From a virus (Duplodnaviria; Caudoviricetes), in IMG/VR virus record IMGVR_UViG_3300037047_000122, positions 1 through 41,675 of that record: a DNA stretch of 41,675 nt, one strand, 5' to 3'. The notes under the pieces were generated by a model. The model was not told the origin of the DNA. It saw only the letters and a program-made list of their open reading frames with translations, and searched no databases. A program made the position numbers and the translations under genes. This document shows, piece by piece, positions 1 to 8,736 of the stretch (the first letter of the stretch is position 1; the number at the start of each line of letters is the position of its first letter).

Positions 1-127
1 CCAGATCCGACCAGGGCATGGGCGGTAAGGTAACATTGAATTCAGAGATTACGGGCGCGGAAGTGACTGCGCACCATTACGCGGCTTCGGCCACAAGCAA
101 AAGTTTGTTTTCGAACGCCACTCAGGA
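1..127. repeat. 127-bp direct terminal repeat (circular assembly overlap), copy 1
   Basis: 1-127 (ccagatccga...ccactcagga) is identical to 41549-41675, and the reading frame is continuous across the junction. Confidence 0.97.
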
Positions 128-587
128 AGAGGGGATATTTACGATCTCTTTTACTGAGCCTATCCACGATTTGGCGGTGGTAGGGGCAACGATCATAGAA
201 AGCGGGGCAAATTACGCTGTTCTTAACGTGACTGGTGCAGCGCATAATGTAACCCTGTCGGGGCAAATTTATACCGAAAAGAAAATGATTTTTTCGGTGT
301 ACACTCCTGATTTACCCGCATCGGTCAGCCCTAATATTGTCAGGGTTGAAGAGGCTACCCTGGTAAGTCCGACCAACGGGCAGGCCATTGCCCAGCGTGT
401 GTATGATTACTACCAACAGCGGTACATCCAAAAAATGAGGCTATTTGCTTCGCAGATCGCGATTGGGGACGTGGCACTGGCCGAGACTTTATACGGGCAG
501 CAAATTCGCGGCGTGGTGGAAAAAACAGAGATCAATTTGAGCGGCGGTTTTATCTCGCAAGTGGAAATAACGGGGGTAAAACAATGA
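1..587 (+). CDS. C-terminal part of the tail tip/baseplate hub protein that starts at 40426 (569 aa in total)
   Basis: The ATG at 18 corresponds to 41566, which is in frame with ATG 40426 (1140 nt apart). The gene lies after TMP and Dit. Confidence 0.8.
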   Translation, partial: RSDQGMGGKVTLNSEITGAEVTAHHYAASATSKSLFSNATQEEGIFTISFTEPIHDLAVVGATIIESGANYAVLNVTGAAHNVTLSGQIYTEKKMIFSVYTPDLPASVSPNIVRVEEATLVSPTNGQAIAQRVYDYYQQRYIQKMRLFASQIAIGDVALAETLYGQQIRGVVEKTEINLSGGFISQVEITGVKQ

Positions 588-1162
588 GCTGGACAACCCC
601 CATTTTTGATCGCGTGCTGCTGGATATAACGAACAAAACCAGCAAGGCCTATTTGAATGTCTTGGATTGGATTCGCATTTATCGGAATTCACTCAATGTT
701 AATGCTTTTGTCAATGCGATCTTTGGTACAAGCACAGTGATGGGGGAAATTGCAGAACCGACGATCACGACAATTCCAGATGTGGCCGACCTTATAACCT
801 TGACGCAGAATATTGAGGATGTGCGACTTGCAACCAGGATGCCCGCCAATGCGACAACGGGTCTGGCAGTTTTGAATACTGCCTGGATTGGTGGCGCAAA
901 TGCGGTCGCGCCAGATTATGAGGACGTGAATGACTGGGAGAAAAATCTCAGCCTATTACGGGACTATACCCGGAATATAGCCAATAACCGGATTTACTGT
1001 GGGGTCGCCAGTGTGGGCCAATCGCGCCTTTGGCAGCATCGTTTCCGCCAATATCAGACCTGGGTACAGCCCGCGGCCACGCCGGTTAGACGGCCTCGGT
1101 TGGATGCGACAATTTGTGGGGCTGACCTTACACGGAACAACCTTTTTAGGAGGTACGCGTGA
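584..1162 (+). CDS. Minor tail protein, 192 aa
   Basis: ATGA overlap with the upstream gene; N-terminal W-x-TPIFDR...KAYLN motif of the kind seen in distal-tail proteins; tail module context. Confidence 0.7.
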   Translation: MSWTTPIFDRVLLDITNKTSKAYLNVLDWIRIYRNSLNVNAFVNAIFGTSTVMGEIAEPTITTIPDVADLITLTQNIEDVRLATRMPANATTGLAVLNTAWIGGANAVAPDYEDVNDWEKNLSLLRDYTRNIANNRIYCGVASVGQSRLWQHRFRQYQTWVQPAATPVRRPRLDATICGADLTRNNLFRRYA

Positions 1163-1344
1163 TAACCAGGCGGCAATTTTTAATAGCTGGGCTATCAACA
1201 CTGATTGGCTTATTGTTTGATCAGCCACCGTGGAGGTTTTATTTTCCACAAGTTTTCAGCCCGTACTCAGTAGCGGGCGCGCAATTTCCGCTAGCAATCT
1301 GCGGGGCGGATTCAATACGACAGACTTTTTTCAGGAGAAATTGA
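1159..1344 (+). CDS. 61-aa protein with twin-arginine (Tat-like) N-terminus
   Basis: AGGAGG RBS, GTGA overlap, TRRQFL followed by a hydrophobic stretch; exactly fills the gap to the next gene. Confidence 0.6.
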   Translation: MITRRQFLIAGLSTLIGLLFDQPPWRFYFPQVFSPYSVAGAQFPLAICGADSIRQTFFRRN

Positions 1345-1345
1345 A

Positions 1346-2197
1346 ATGGCTTATACACCTACGACTTGGGTTGATGAAGTTCTGGCGGCTGATGCCCGCT
1401 ATGACATCTTGGAAGATGGCGGCGGCGCGTTCAAGGCCGATATGCGGATTGAACTGGCTACCGCGGTTTCTGTGGCTGGCACGGCGGTAACTGCGGCCAG
1501 GATGAACAATATCGAAACGGGCCTGGCCACGCTGGACGCTCAGAGAACGGGCTGGATTGCCGCGGGGCAAACCTGGACTTACGTCAGCGCCAATTCGCTC
1601 GTGATCGGCGGGCAGCATTTTGAGTATCAAAAGGGCGATAAGATCATGCTGACCCAAACGACGGTCAAGTATTTTTACGTCGTAGCCATTGAAATGGGTG
1701 CAAATACCACCCTAACGATCACGGGCGGAATTGATTACACCCTTGCCAACGCAGCGATAACAGACCCTTATTACAGTAAAGCGGCTGCCCCCGAGGGGTT
1801 CCCCGGCTATTTCAATTGGACACCAACTTTTGTTTCATCTGGGGCCACCTTCACATATGCGTCCCAATTGGGCACATTTACGATTACAGAAAAGATTTTG
1901 TTTGTTACTGCATCGATCTCTTTGACTGGGGCGCCTGGGGGCACAACTTCTAACTCATTGTCCTTTGCGTTGCCTGTAGCGGTGGGCAACATTACTGGTT
2001 TTCGGTCAAACCTCGGGGTGTATTGGTCAATCGTTACCCTTGCGGCGAACATGACCCAGCTCATGGCGACCGCAAATGATAGTGTCACCGCGGCACAGCT
2101 GAGGTGGACAGGGTCGGGACAGACTGTGGGGACACCGACCGCGGCTGCGCTGGGTTCTGGAGCCACGTTAGGGATCAGTGGTCAATATTTGATCTAA
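1346..2197 (+). CDS. Tail fibre / receptor-binding protein, 283 aa
   Basis: N-terminal MAYTPTTW...GTAVTAARMNNIETG anchor motif and C-terminal WTPTF...FALPVA beta-sandwich head pattern; AGGAG RBS. Confidence 0.7.
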   Translation: MAYTPTTWVDEVLAADARYDILEDGGGAFKADMRIELATAVSVAGTAVTAARMNNIETGLATLDAQRTGWIAAGQTWTYVSANSLVIGGQHFEYQKGDKIMLTQTTVKYFYVVAIEMGANTTLTITGGIDYTLANAAITDPYYSKAAAPEGFPGYFNWTPTFVSSGATFTYASQLGTFTITEKILFVTASISLTGAPGGTTSNSLSFALPVAVGNITGFRSNLGVYWSIVTLAANMTQLMATANDSVTAAQLRWTGSGQTVGTPTAAALGSGATLGISGQYLI

Positions 2198-2207
2198 GGA
2201 GCACAAT

Positions 2208-3086
2208 ATGATACACGGAATTGACATATCAGGTTGGACAACGGTTAGCGACGCAACCGCGATGATGAACGATCAGCTTTTGGTCGACTTCGCCTATGTC
2301 CGGGCGCACGATGGCTACCGGGATGACGCGAAGTTCCCCGAATTCCGCAAGCTGCTGCGGGATGTGAAAACCAAAAACGGTTCGGTATTGTGGGGGCCTT
2401 ACATGTTCTTAGGCTACTCCGGGGCGATTGGAGCGCGAACCTGGAACGCAGTACGGGGCGACTACCAGGCTCAGAACTGCTGGAATTTGGCAACCGGCGG
2501 TGGGCGTGAGTTTCCGCTCCCCGTAGCGGTTGACGTTGAGCGGATCCGTTGGTGGGACGGCAAGGCTTTTCAGATTGTGCCCCTTCCATCGGCTAAGGTG
2601 TACTGCGATACTTACCTCATTCCGGCGATTGAGTTTTTGAGTGAGAAACAAGGGCGACGGCCTGTGTTCTACTGTAACCCAGATTTGATCCTCAACTACC
2701 TTGCGCCGCTTCTCTCGCAAGCCGCATACTCCGCGATTGGCGAGTGTCCTCTGTGGCTAGCGCACTGGACCAAGACCGGGGGCGAGTCGTCTTACATGAC
2801 GAGCATCCGCGCCAAGACGCCGTGGAAATCGCACCTCATTCACCAATACGTTGGGGACGTGAAAGACTTCCCTGGCGTGGATGATGTAGACCTGAATCGG
2901 GGCAGTGGTACGCGGGCGATGTGGAAAGCCTGGATTGCCGATGAAACGAAGCTGCCCATCGAGGGCGGGGTAGAGCCTCCGCCTCCACCGCCCGACCCCG
3001 AGCCGGAGCCTACGCCAGACCTCACGGCGCTTACGGCGCGGGTTCAGGCTTTAGAAGATCGAGTTAACAAACACCTACAGCCGTAG
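2208..3086 (+). CDS. Endolysin, GH25 muramidase with Pro-rich linker and short C-terminal coiled coil
   Basis: GIDIS N-terminus, AVDVE (DxE) motif, PLWLAHW, IHQY and VDLN motifs of GH25. Confidence 0.85.
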   Translation: MIHGIDISGWTTVSDATAMMNDQLLVDFAYVRAHDGYRDDAKFPEFRKLLRDVKTKNGSVLWGPYMFLGYSGAIGARTWNAVRGDYQAQNCWNLATGGGREFPLPVAVDVERIRWWDGKAFQIVPLPSAKVYCDTYLIPAIEFLSEKQGRRPVFYCNPDLILNYLAPLLSQAAYSAIGECPLWLAHWTKTGGESSYMTSIRAKTPWKSHLIHQYVGDVKDFPGVDDVDLNRGSGTRAMWKAWIADETKLPIEGGVEPPPPPPDPEPEPTPDLTALTARVQALEDRVNKHLQP

Positions 3087-3116
3087 GTGAAACAGACAAG
3101 ACGAAAGGCATAAACA

Positions 3117-3530
3117 ATGGCACTGCAATTTTCGGCAACTGTTCGCAACGCGGAACTCGATGCAATCGAAACCGCAATATCTACCGCGCCGATCCTGCGC
3201 ATTTATGATCTGACCGGTGCAGCTCCGGCCAACTGTGCGGCATCTATTACCGCCACGCTTCTGGCGGAAATGACCCTGCCGTCTGACTGGATGGCTGCGG
3301 CCTCGGGCGGCGCTAAAGCACTCGCTGGAACGTGGTCGGATGCGTCGGCAAACAACAATGGCACGGCTGATTTCTTCCGTGTGTGGGATAGCGCAGGAAC
3401 GACGTGTCATATTCAGGGGACTGTTACGGCCACTGGTGGCGGGGGCGATATGACCCTGGATAACACTTCCATTGCCGCTGCGCAGGCTGTTTCCGTAACC
3501 TCTTTCACGCTGACCGCTGCCAACGCCTAA
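3117..3530 (+). CDS. Virion structural/fibre-associated protein, 137 aa
   Basis: RNAELDAI...LRIY...GTADFFR...QGTV pattern of small phage beta-rich structural proteins; first gene of the fibre cassette. Confidence 0.6.
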   Translation: MALQFSATVRNAELDAIETAISTAPILRIYDLTGAAPANCAASITATLLAEMTLPSDWMAAASGGAKALAGTWSDASANNNGTADFFRVWDSAGTTCHIQGTVTATGGGGDMTLDNTSIAAAQAVSVTSFTLTAANA

Positions 3531-3536
3531 CAGGCA

Positions 3537-5471
3537 ATGACAGTCGTTGTTCTCGATAATTTCACCGATTCGGATGCAGTCTCATTAGACGCGCATACCC
3601 CTGATACCCGTCCGTCCTCAAATATGTGGACGGAGCGGGTCGGTGACTGGCATATCCAGAGCAACCGAGCGGCTCTTGTCACATCGCTGAATGCTTCACT
3701 GGCGACGATCGACGCGGGGGCAGCCGAGGGGATTGTAACTATTGTCGCGCGGATGAATTCGACGAGCACATCGACGGCGCGGCTTACCGGGGCAGTCGTG
3801 CGCTGGCAATCGGCGGGATATTATTGGGCCTGCGGGTTTTTGATCGGGACGAACACGCTGTATATTCTTCAATTCAGCGGCGGTGCGCCGACAACGCGGG
3901 CAAGCGACAACACGCTCAGCCTGAGCGCGGACACGCTGTACACGGTGGAAGTGACCCTCAACGGCGATGATATTACCGCCACGATCGACGGCGGGCACTC
4001 GATCACGTATAACAGCGCGACGGGAAACAGTTCGACGGTGCACGGGATCACCGGACGGGATACGACGGCGCTGATTGATTCGTTTGAGGTGGATGACGGA
4101 GGTGGCGCCAGTATAACGGGCAGCCTATCTGCCACGCTAGGGGCGACAACGATCACAGCCGCGGCCGCGGCAGCTGTAGCAGGGGCGGTATCCCTGACCC
4201 TGGGCGCAGTGACGTCCACCGCCTCAGGTACGGGAGATGTAACAGGTTCTCTCGCCATTACATTAGGTGCAACAACCATCAGCGCCGCGGGGCAGGTTGG
4301 CACAACTCACACGTTCACAGACGGCTACGGGGGCAACACCTTCACCGCTGAAGATGTGATGCTCGTCTCGGGTGCTCCTGATATTGCATTTTGTACCCAC
4401 GATGTTTATGACGTGAGTACTTCGCGGGTTTACCTGCAACGGTTCAAACTGCCTTCACTCCCTTCGAGCGCAGTATGCGTGTCTGCAACCCTCCATTATT
4501 TCAAAACATCCTCTGTCCCCAATAGTGCCGTAACCTGTACGATCTATGAGATCACTCCCGCTAACGGGGATTGGATAGGCGGCACGACTTATGGCGGCAC
4601 TCCGCAGCCTGGGGAACCGACCTGGAATAATAAAGGGCATCCGTCTACCCCCTGGGCGGGATCGCCTGGGCTTTCAACAAGCGGGGTCGATTACAATGCT
4701 TCGCCGGTTGGGTCATTCGTAATTGGCGCTAATGCCAGTACGGGCGATGAATACACCTGCGCACTGGACCCGGCGCTCGTGCAATCCTGGTTTGGTCAAG
4801 CCTCCAATAACGGCATTCTCATGCGGGCAAGTGGTGCGGCCGAGTACATTGGCTCTGCCGACCACGCCACCACGGGGTATCGCCCAAAGCTAGTTATTGA
4901 ATATTCGTCCGCAGAAGCAGTTGGACAATTATCAATCACTCTGGGGGCCGTAATCCCAACAGCAACAGGCACGGTTGCAATAAACGGGGCCAGTGCGACC
5001 ACCCTGGGCGGGGTGACAATCGGCGCAACGGGGGCGGCGGCAATCAGAGGCGCAACAGCGCAAACGCTGGGAAGTATTTCGGTCAGCGCATCAGGCAGGG
5101 TTCAAGTAAGCGGTGCGACAAGTATAAATCTTGGCAGCGTTTCCCTGTTATCTGAAGGCTTTGTCGGCAACGTGCCGGCTATTGGGCAGCTTGCCGTGAC
5201 CCTGGGGGCGATCGAACCGGATAGCGAAGGGGCAGTATCGGTTCGCGGGGCAGCATCCATCACCCTGGGGGAAACCACCCTGGAAGCGTCCGCAACTATC
5301 ACTGGCGGGCCTGAGCGCATCGGCTCATTGGATATCACCCTGGGCACGGTTATCGTTACTTCGATGGGCGCAGTAGGCCTTACCATATCGGTAAAAAGTG
5401 GCGCCGTGTTTGTTGTATACAACGATAAGCGGGTGTATTGCCCGTACCGAGAAAAGAGGATTTATGTCTAA
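3537..5471 (+). CDS. Modular fibre/adhesin, 644 aa: lectin-like beta domain, ~20-aa repeats, DNRLRE/CBM96-like domain, more repeats
   Basis: Repeated G-x-L-x-ITLG-x-T-x-x-A-x-G units; ALVQSW...NNGILMR...RPKLVIEY signature of DNRLRE-type domains. Confidence 0.65.
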   Translation: MTVVVLDNFTDSDAVSLDAHTPDTRPSSNMWTERVGDWHIQSNRAALVTSLNASLATIDAGAAEGIVTIVARMNSTSTSTARLTGAVVRWQSAGYYWACGFLIGTNTLYILQFSGGAPTTRASDNTLSLSADTLYTVEVTLNGDDITATIDGGHSITYNSATGNSSTVHGITGRDTTALIDSFEVDDGGGASITGSLSATLGATTITAAAAAAVAGAVSLTLGAVTSTASGTGDVTGSLAITLGATTISAAGQVGTTHTFTDGYGGNTFTAEDVMLVSGAPDIAFCTHDVYDVSTSRVYLQRFKLPSLPSSAVCVSATLHYFKTSSVPNSAVTCTIYEITPANGDWIGGTTYGGTPQPGEPTWNNKGHPSTPWAGSPGLSTSGVDYNASPVGSFVIGANASTGDEYTCALDPALVQSWFGQASNNGILMRASGAAEYIGSADHATTGYRPKLVIEYSSAEAVGQLSITLGAVIPTATGTVAINGASATTLGGVTIGATGAAAIRGATAQTLGSISVSASGRVQVSGATSINLGSVSLLSEGFVGNVPAIGQLAVTLGAIEPDSEGAVSVRGAASITLGETTLEASATITGGPERIGSLDITLGTVIVTSMGAVGLTISVKSGAVFVVYNDKRVYCPYREKRIYV

Positions 5472-5802
5472 ATTTTGGCCCCAGAAAGATCCATCAGCGG
5501 TAGAGCCGTTCTTCGTGGTTTGGTGCGATCCATCAGGATCAAACGTAAATGGGGATGGCGGAGAACTGCAAGGGGCGACAATCAGTACGGTCACCTGGAC
5601 CGTGCCAACCGGAATAACGAGAGATAGCAGCAATCAAAATGCGGTGGTTATCGGCGGCGTGTCTTATTCGGCCAATACTGTTTGTACAATATGGCTGAGT
5701 GGCGGGACGGTGCACACGTCCTATACCCTCACCTGCCGAATTACGACGAGCGACGGCAGGACGCTGGATCAATTGTGCACTATTATGGTTGAAGAGCAAT
5801 AA
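5464..5802 (+). CDS. Fibre-tail adaptor-like protein, 112 aa
   Basis: KDP...W...TIWLSGGT...YTLTCRITTSDGRT pattern; ATG 5464 follows a GAGG RBS and overlaps the previous stop. Confidence 0.65.
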   Translation: MSKFWPQKDPSAVEPFFVVWCDPSGSNVNGDGGELQGATISTVTWTVPTGITRDSSNQNAVVIGGVSYSANTVCTIWLSGGTVHTSYTLTCRITTSDGRTLDQLCTIMVEEQ

Positions 5803-5815
5803 TTAACTATCTCCA

Positions 5816-6361
5816 TTACCTTTCCGACGGTTCTATCCACGGCAGGCCGATTGCATTGAAAACGTCTCGCTCTTCGGGCGTGGGGATTACCTTATCGCCT
5901 GCCCACAGCAAGCCACCCTTGACGTGCATGTAGGATGGCAGTAATCCGCCCTTGTTGCGTTGGGTGACCAGGCGATGGGAAAAATCAGCACTGCCTGTGC
6001 GGATCGTGAAGATCATACCCCACTGCTCGGGTGTAGTCAGGAACAGGTCAAAGACAACACTGCCACCCTGCAGCCGCGCCTGTTTGAAGTGGTCGCCATT
6101 CTTCAGGAGCGTGAACCCGTCCACCAACAGCGCGGCGGTAATGTCGTCGGTTTCGCGTTTGACAATGGAATCGCCAAACAGATTGAAGGCAGTGTGCAAG
6201 CGGGGGATCATAACGATCTCCACATCGCCTATTGATGGCTTTTCGCGGCGGATGGATCCGGCGATTTCGATACGATCGCACTTAGGGCGCAGGAGAGAAA
6301 CCATATCCTCTGCCAGATGACGAGCGAACGGTAGAGACATGCGGACCTCGGATTCGCTCAT
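5816..6361 (-). CDS. Minimal family X DNA polymerase (palm plus C-terminal domain)
   Basis: AGSIRR..IGDVEIV, VFDLF, RTGSADF and EERDVFNAIGLPWIEPSER motifs. Confidence 0.85.
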   Translation of the reverse strand: MSESEVRMSLPFARHLAEDMVSLLRPKCDRIEIAGSIRREKPSIGDVEIVMIPRLHTAFNLFGDSIVKRETDDITAALLVDGFTLLKNGDHFKQARLQGGSVVFDLFLTTPEQWGMIFTIRTGSADFSHRLVTQRNKGGLLPSYMHVKGGLLWAGDKVIPTPEERDVFNAIGLPWIEPSER

Positions 6362-7059
6362 CTATCCTCCCCGTCGATCCGTTTGAACTCAATCACCCAG
6401 ACAAAGGGATTGCTGTCCCAGGGATAGCCGCGTTTGGCATTGATGTGATCCCACAGAAACGAATAGGCCTCAGACGCATGCGCAAATGGGTAATATTGAT
6501 ACCGGTCTAACGGACCCAACCAACTTCCATCTTCATCTTCGCCGCGCATAATACCCTCGGCGAGAACATCGTTGTTGGTTATCTGCTGCACTCGCTGCAC
6601 GCGGATACCAGTGATCTCCAACGTGATCCGGCTGGCCCATCGGGGCATGTAAATAGATGGTCGCCAGACCTCGCCATCTTCTTTGTCGTAGCCATCTGTG
6701 GCTTTATAAATAACCCCCAAACCAGATCCAATTGGCTTTGTTTTTGGAATGTCACTTGCATACATGCCGTCGTTTTCCCATCCGTATTCGAGGCTGTAGG
6801 ATGAGTGCATGAGACCGAAAGTCTCCCGCACCCACAGCTGGTCACCCGGTAGACCGTAAGGACAAGCGCAGTAATAATCACTCATGCGCCCATCAATAGT
6901 TAAATGGGGCCAGATGTACCACATTTTCCCAGCCGGGGCAGGCATCAAAGCACCCTGGCAATCGGGTTGCAGTTTCATCACCCGCCGCGTCTGCGTCTTC
7001 CTGCCTTCCAGGATCGCTCGCACCATCTCGCCCGTGAAAAGGATCGGATGCTCTTTCAC
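6358..7059 (-). CDS. ASCH-domain-like phage protein
   Basis: PILF..EMVRAILEGRKTQTRR, WVRET, WRPSIYMPRWASRI and NPFVWVIEF. Confidence 0.85.
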   Translation of the reverse strand: MKEHPILFTGEMVRAILEGRKTQTRRVMKLQPDCQGALMPAPAGKMWYIWPHLTIDGRMSDYYCACPYGLPGDQLWVRETFGLMHSSYSLEYGWENDGMYASDIPKTKPIGSGLGVIYKATDGYDKEDGEVWRPSIYMPRWASRITLEITGIRVQRVQQITNNDVLAEGIMRGEDEDGSWLGPLDRYQYYPFAHASEAYSFLWDHINAKRGYPWDSNPFVWVIEFKRIDGEDR

Positions 7060-7340
7060 TTCACCTCCAACGCGGCTTCAACCGCGTCCAAAACTTCCCC
7101 CATCTTAGTTTGTACCTTCGAGGGTAAAGAAGTGCGTTGGGGGAGTACAGTTTTGACTAGCAAGAGAGTCTCCCTTAACCGCTTGGCCTTTGACTGGACA
7201 TGGGCGAGTTCGGCGTGCAGTTCCATCGCACATCGGTGAAACTGCTTCAGTTCGTCCACCGAAATTCGGTAATTTTCTTGTTGCATCCGAGCATCAATTG
7301 TCTCCAAAATGTTCGCCTCATTCGGATTTATGTCGCTCAT
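7056..7340 (-). CDS. Hypothetical coiled-coil protein, 94 aa
   Basis: Overlaps both neighbours by 4 nt; AAGGAG RBS. Confidence 0.7.
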   Translation of the reverse strand: MSDINPNEANILETIDARMQQENYRISVDELKQFHRCAMELHAELAHVQSKAKRLRETLLLVKTVLPQRTSLPSKVQTKMGEVLDAVEAALEVK

Positions 7341-8131
7341 TCATTCTCCTTCGTAATGTACTTCGATTTCGTTGTTCCGCTGGCCAGGTCGATATAGGTG
7401 GCCTGCTTGCGCAGATCCTGCGTCAGCAGCATCCGCACCAGGTAATCCCCGGCCTGCACCGCCACCGCCTGGTTGACCATCAGACCCTGGCTGTCCTGCA
7501 TCGCCATCTCCGCACAGCTAAGGCCATCCAGACTCGGTCCGTCTGCCTTCTCATCTTCCAGCAGCTCGGGGTGCTGATCAGTCGGCAGCGGCAGCCATGA
7601 GCACAGCCCTGGCAGCTCGAACGGATCATCCGGCCGCTTCGCCCCGCAGCCCAGCAGCATCTGGCCCGCGGCCTTATGATTGCCGCAGTCCAGCCACCAT
7701 GCCCGCGCCTTGCCGCTAACCGCCTTCGCCATCTCGCGCCGCCCTGCCGCGTTATCCACGCACCCGATCAGGACCAGCAGCGAGCCGCCAATCGGCAGCT
7801 TCGCCGAAAAGTGCTGCGGCACCGCGCGGATCTCCAGCCCCCAGGCCGCGCCGTAGCGCAGCGCCAGCGCGTCTGCCTTATTCCGCCCCACCTCCGCGTC
7901 ACAAAAATTCTGCCGGTAGACGTTTTTCGCCTCGACCTGGTCCGGGTCGATGAAATACATTTCCACCTTCCGGCGCTGAGTCTCACCCAGCAGGCGCGCC
8001 ACCCGCGCCACGGTCGGGGCCAGCCAGGACCCCGTCCCGCCGCAGCCCACCAGCGCCAGCGTGATCGTTTCCGACGCCGGAAGCAGCAGCCGGGCTGCAT
8101 TGACATAAGATAAATCAATCGACATCGACAT
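7337..8131 (-). CDS. E1-like ThiF family adenylyltransferase (PRTRC type)
   Basis: GCGGTGS nucleotide-binding loop, DPDQVE..NVYRQNF, GRNKA, GCVDN, WLDCGN and SCAE (candidate catalytic Cys). Start chosen at 8131 after GGAG. Confidence 0.9.
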   Translation of the reverse strand: MSMSIDLSYVNAARLLLPASETITLALVGCGGTGSWLAPTVARVARLLGETQRRKVEMYFIDPDQVEAKNVYRQNFCDAEVGRNKADALALRYGAAWGLEIRAVPQHFSAKLPIGGSLLVLIGCVDNAAGRREMAKAVSGKARAWWLDCGNHKAAGQMLLGCGAKRPDDPFELPGLCSWLPLPTDQHPELLEDEKADGPSLDGLSCAEMAMQDSQGLMVNQAVAVQAGDYLVRMLLTQDLRKQATYIDLASGTTKSKYITKENE

Positions 8132-8732
8132 ATTCAGGCTCCATTCCAAGATATAGCGCATCCGTGATGCCTGGAGGCAGTTGGAATACCCACTCCGCCG
8201 GGATCTCCCAGAAATGACCGTAAATGCCCACCCGCACCAGGATCGACGGCTGCGAATTCAAGTTCCCGATCACCGCGTACAAACGGAACCCGGTCGCCTC
8301 CTCACGGTTGTCGGTGGCGCTGAAATACGCGTTCATATGGTGGTGGCTGTGAACTTCGATGATCGTGTTCACGCCGGCGGCAAATGGATTTTCCGGGCGC
8401 ACGCTGGCGCCGGCCTGTATCTGCCTGGGCACGTTGACCAGCCACTGGTCCCAGTAATTCAGATAGAACAGGATTTCCTTGCCTTTCGCGCGGTACGCCA
8501 GATCGAACATCTTGCCGATCCGGTTGGCAGGGACAGGCGGGTCCAGGCGCACGAACGGCTGCACCTCGCGCAGCCCGCGAATCGGGCTGTACGTCGCCGC
8601 GACCCAGATCAGCGCCTCGAGGCCTGGCCGCCGCGCCCGGACGAAGATTCCATTCGACCCAACCACGTATTCATACAGGCTGTTGCCCTGGGGCGGCAGA
8701 TCGCCGGTGGCAAAAAGATGTTTTACAAACAC
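8115..8732 (-). CDS. JAB/JAMM metallopeptidase (PRTRC protein A type)
   Basis: KEIL (catalytic Glu) and EVHSHHHMNAYFSATD (HxH-x7-S-x2-D); N-terminal YVVGSNGIFVR; GTG start with GGAGGT RBS. Confidence 0.9.
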   Translation of the reverse strand: MFVKHLFATGDLPPQGNSLYEYVVGSNGIFVRARRPGLEALIWVAATYSPIRGLREVQPFVRLDPPVPANRIGKMFDLAYRAKGKEILFYLNYWDQWLVNVPRQIQAGASVRPENPFAAGVNTIIEVHSHHHMNAYFSATDNREEATGFRLYAVIGNLNSQPSILVRVGIYGHFWEIPAEWVFQLPPGITDALYLGMEPEYVDVD

Positions 8733-8736
8733 GAAG

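Noticed and set aside
1346-5471. Diversity-generating retroelement or invertible fibre switch
   Set aside because: No reverse transcriptase, no adenine-mismatched TR/VR pair and no invertase seen.
7337-8131. ThiF as a thiamine or molybdopterin biosynthesis auxiliary metabolic gene
   Set aside because: Neighbours are E2, JAB, Ubl and ParB, with no thiG, thiS or moaE, and the Zn-binding CxxC pairs of ThiF/MoeB are absent.
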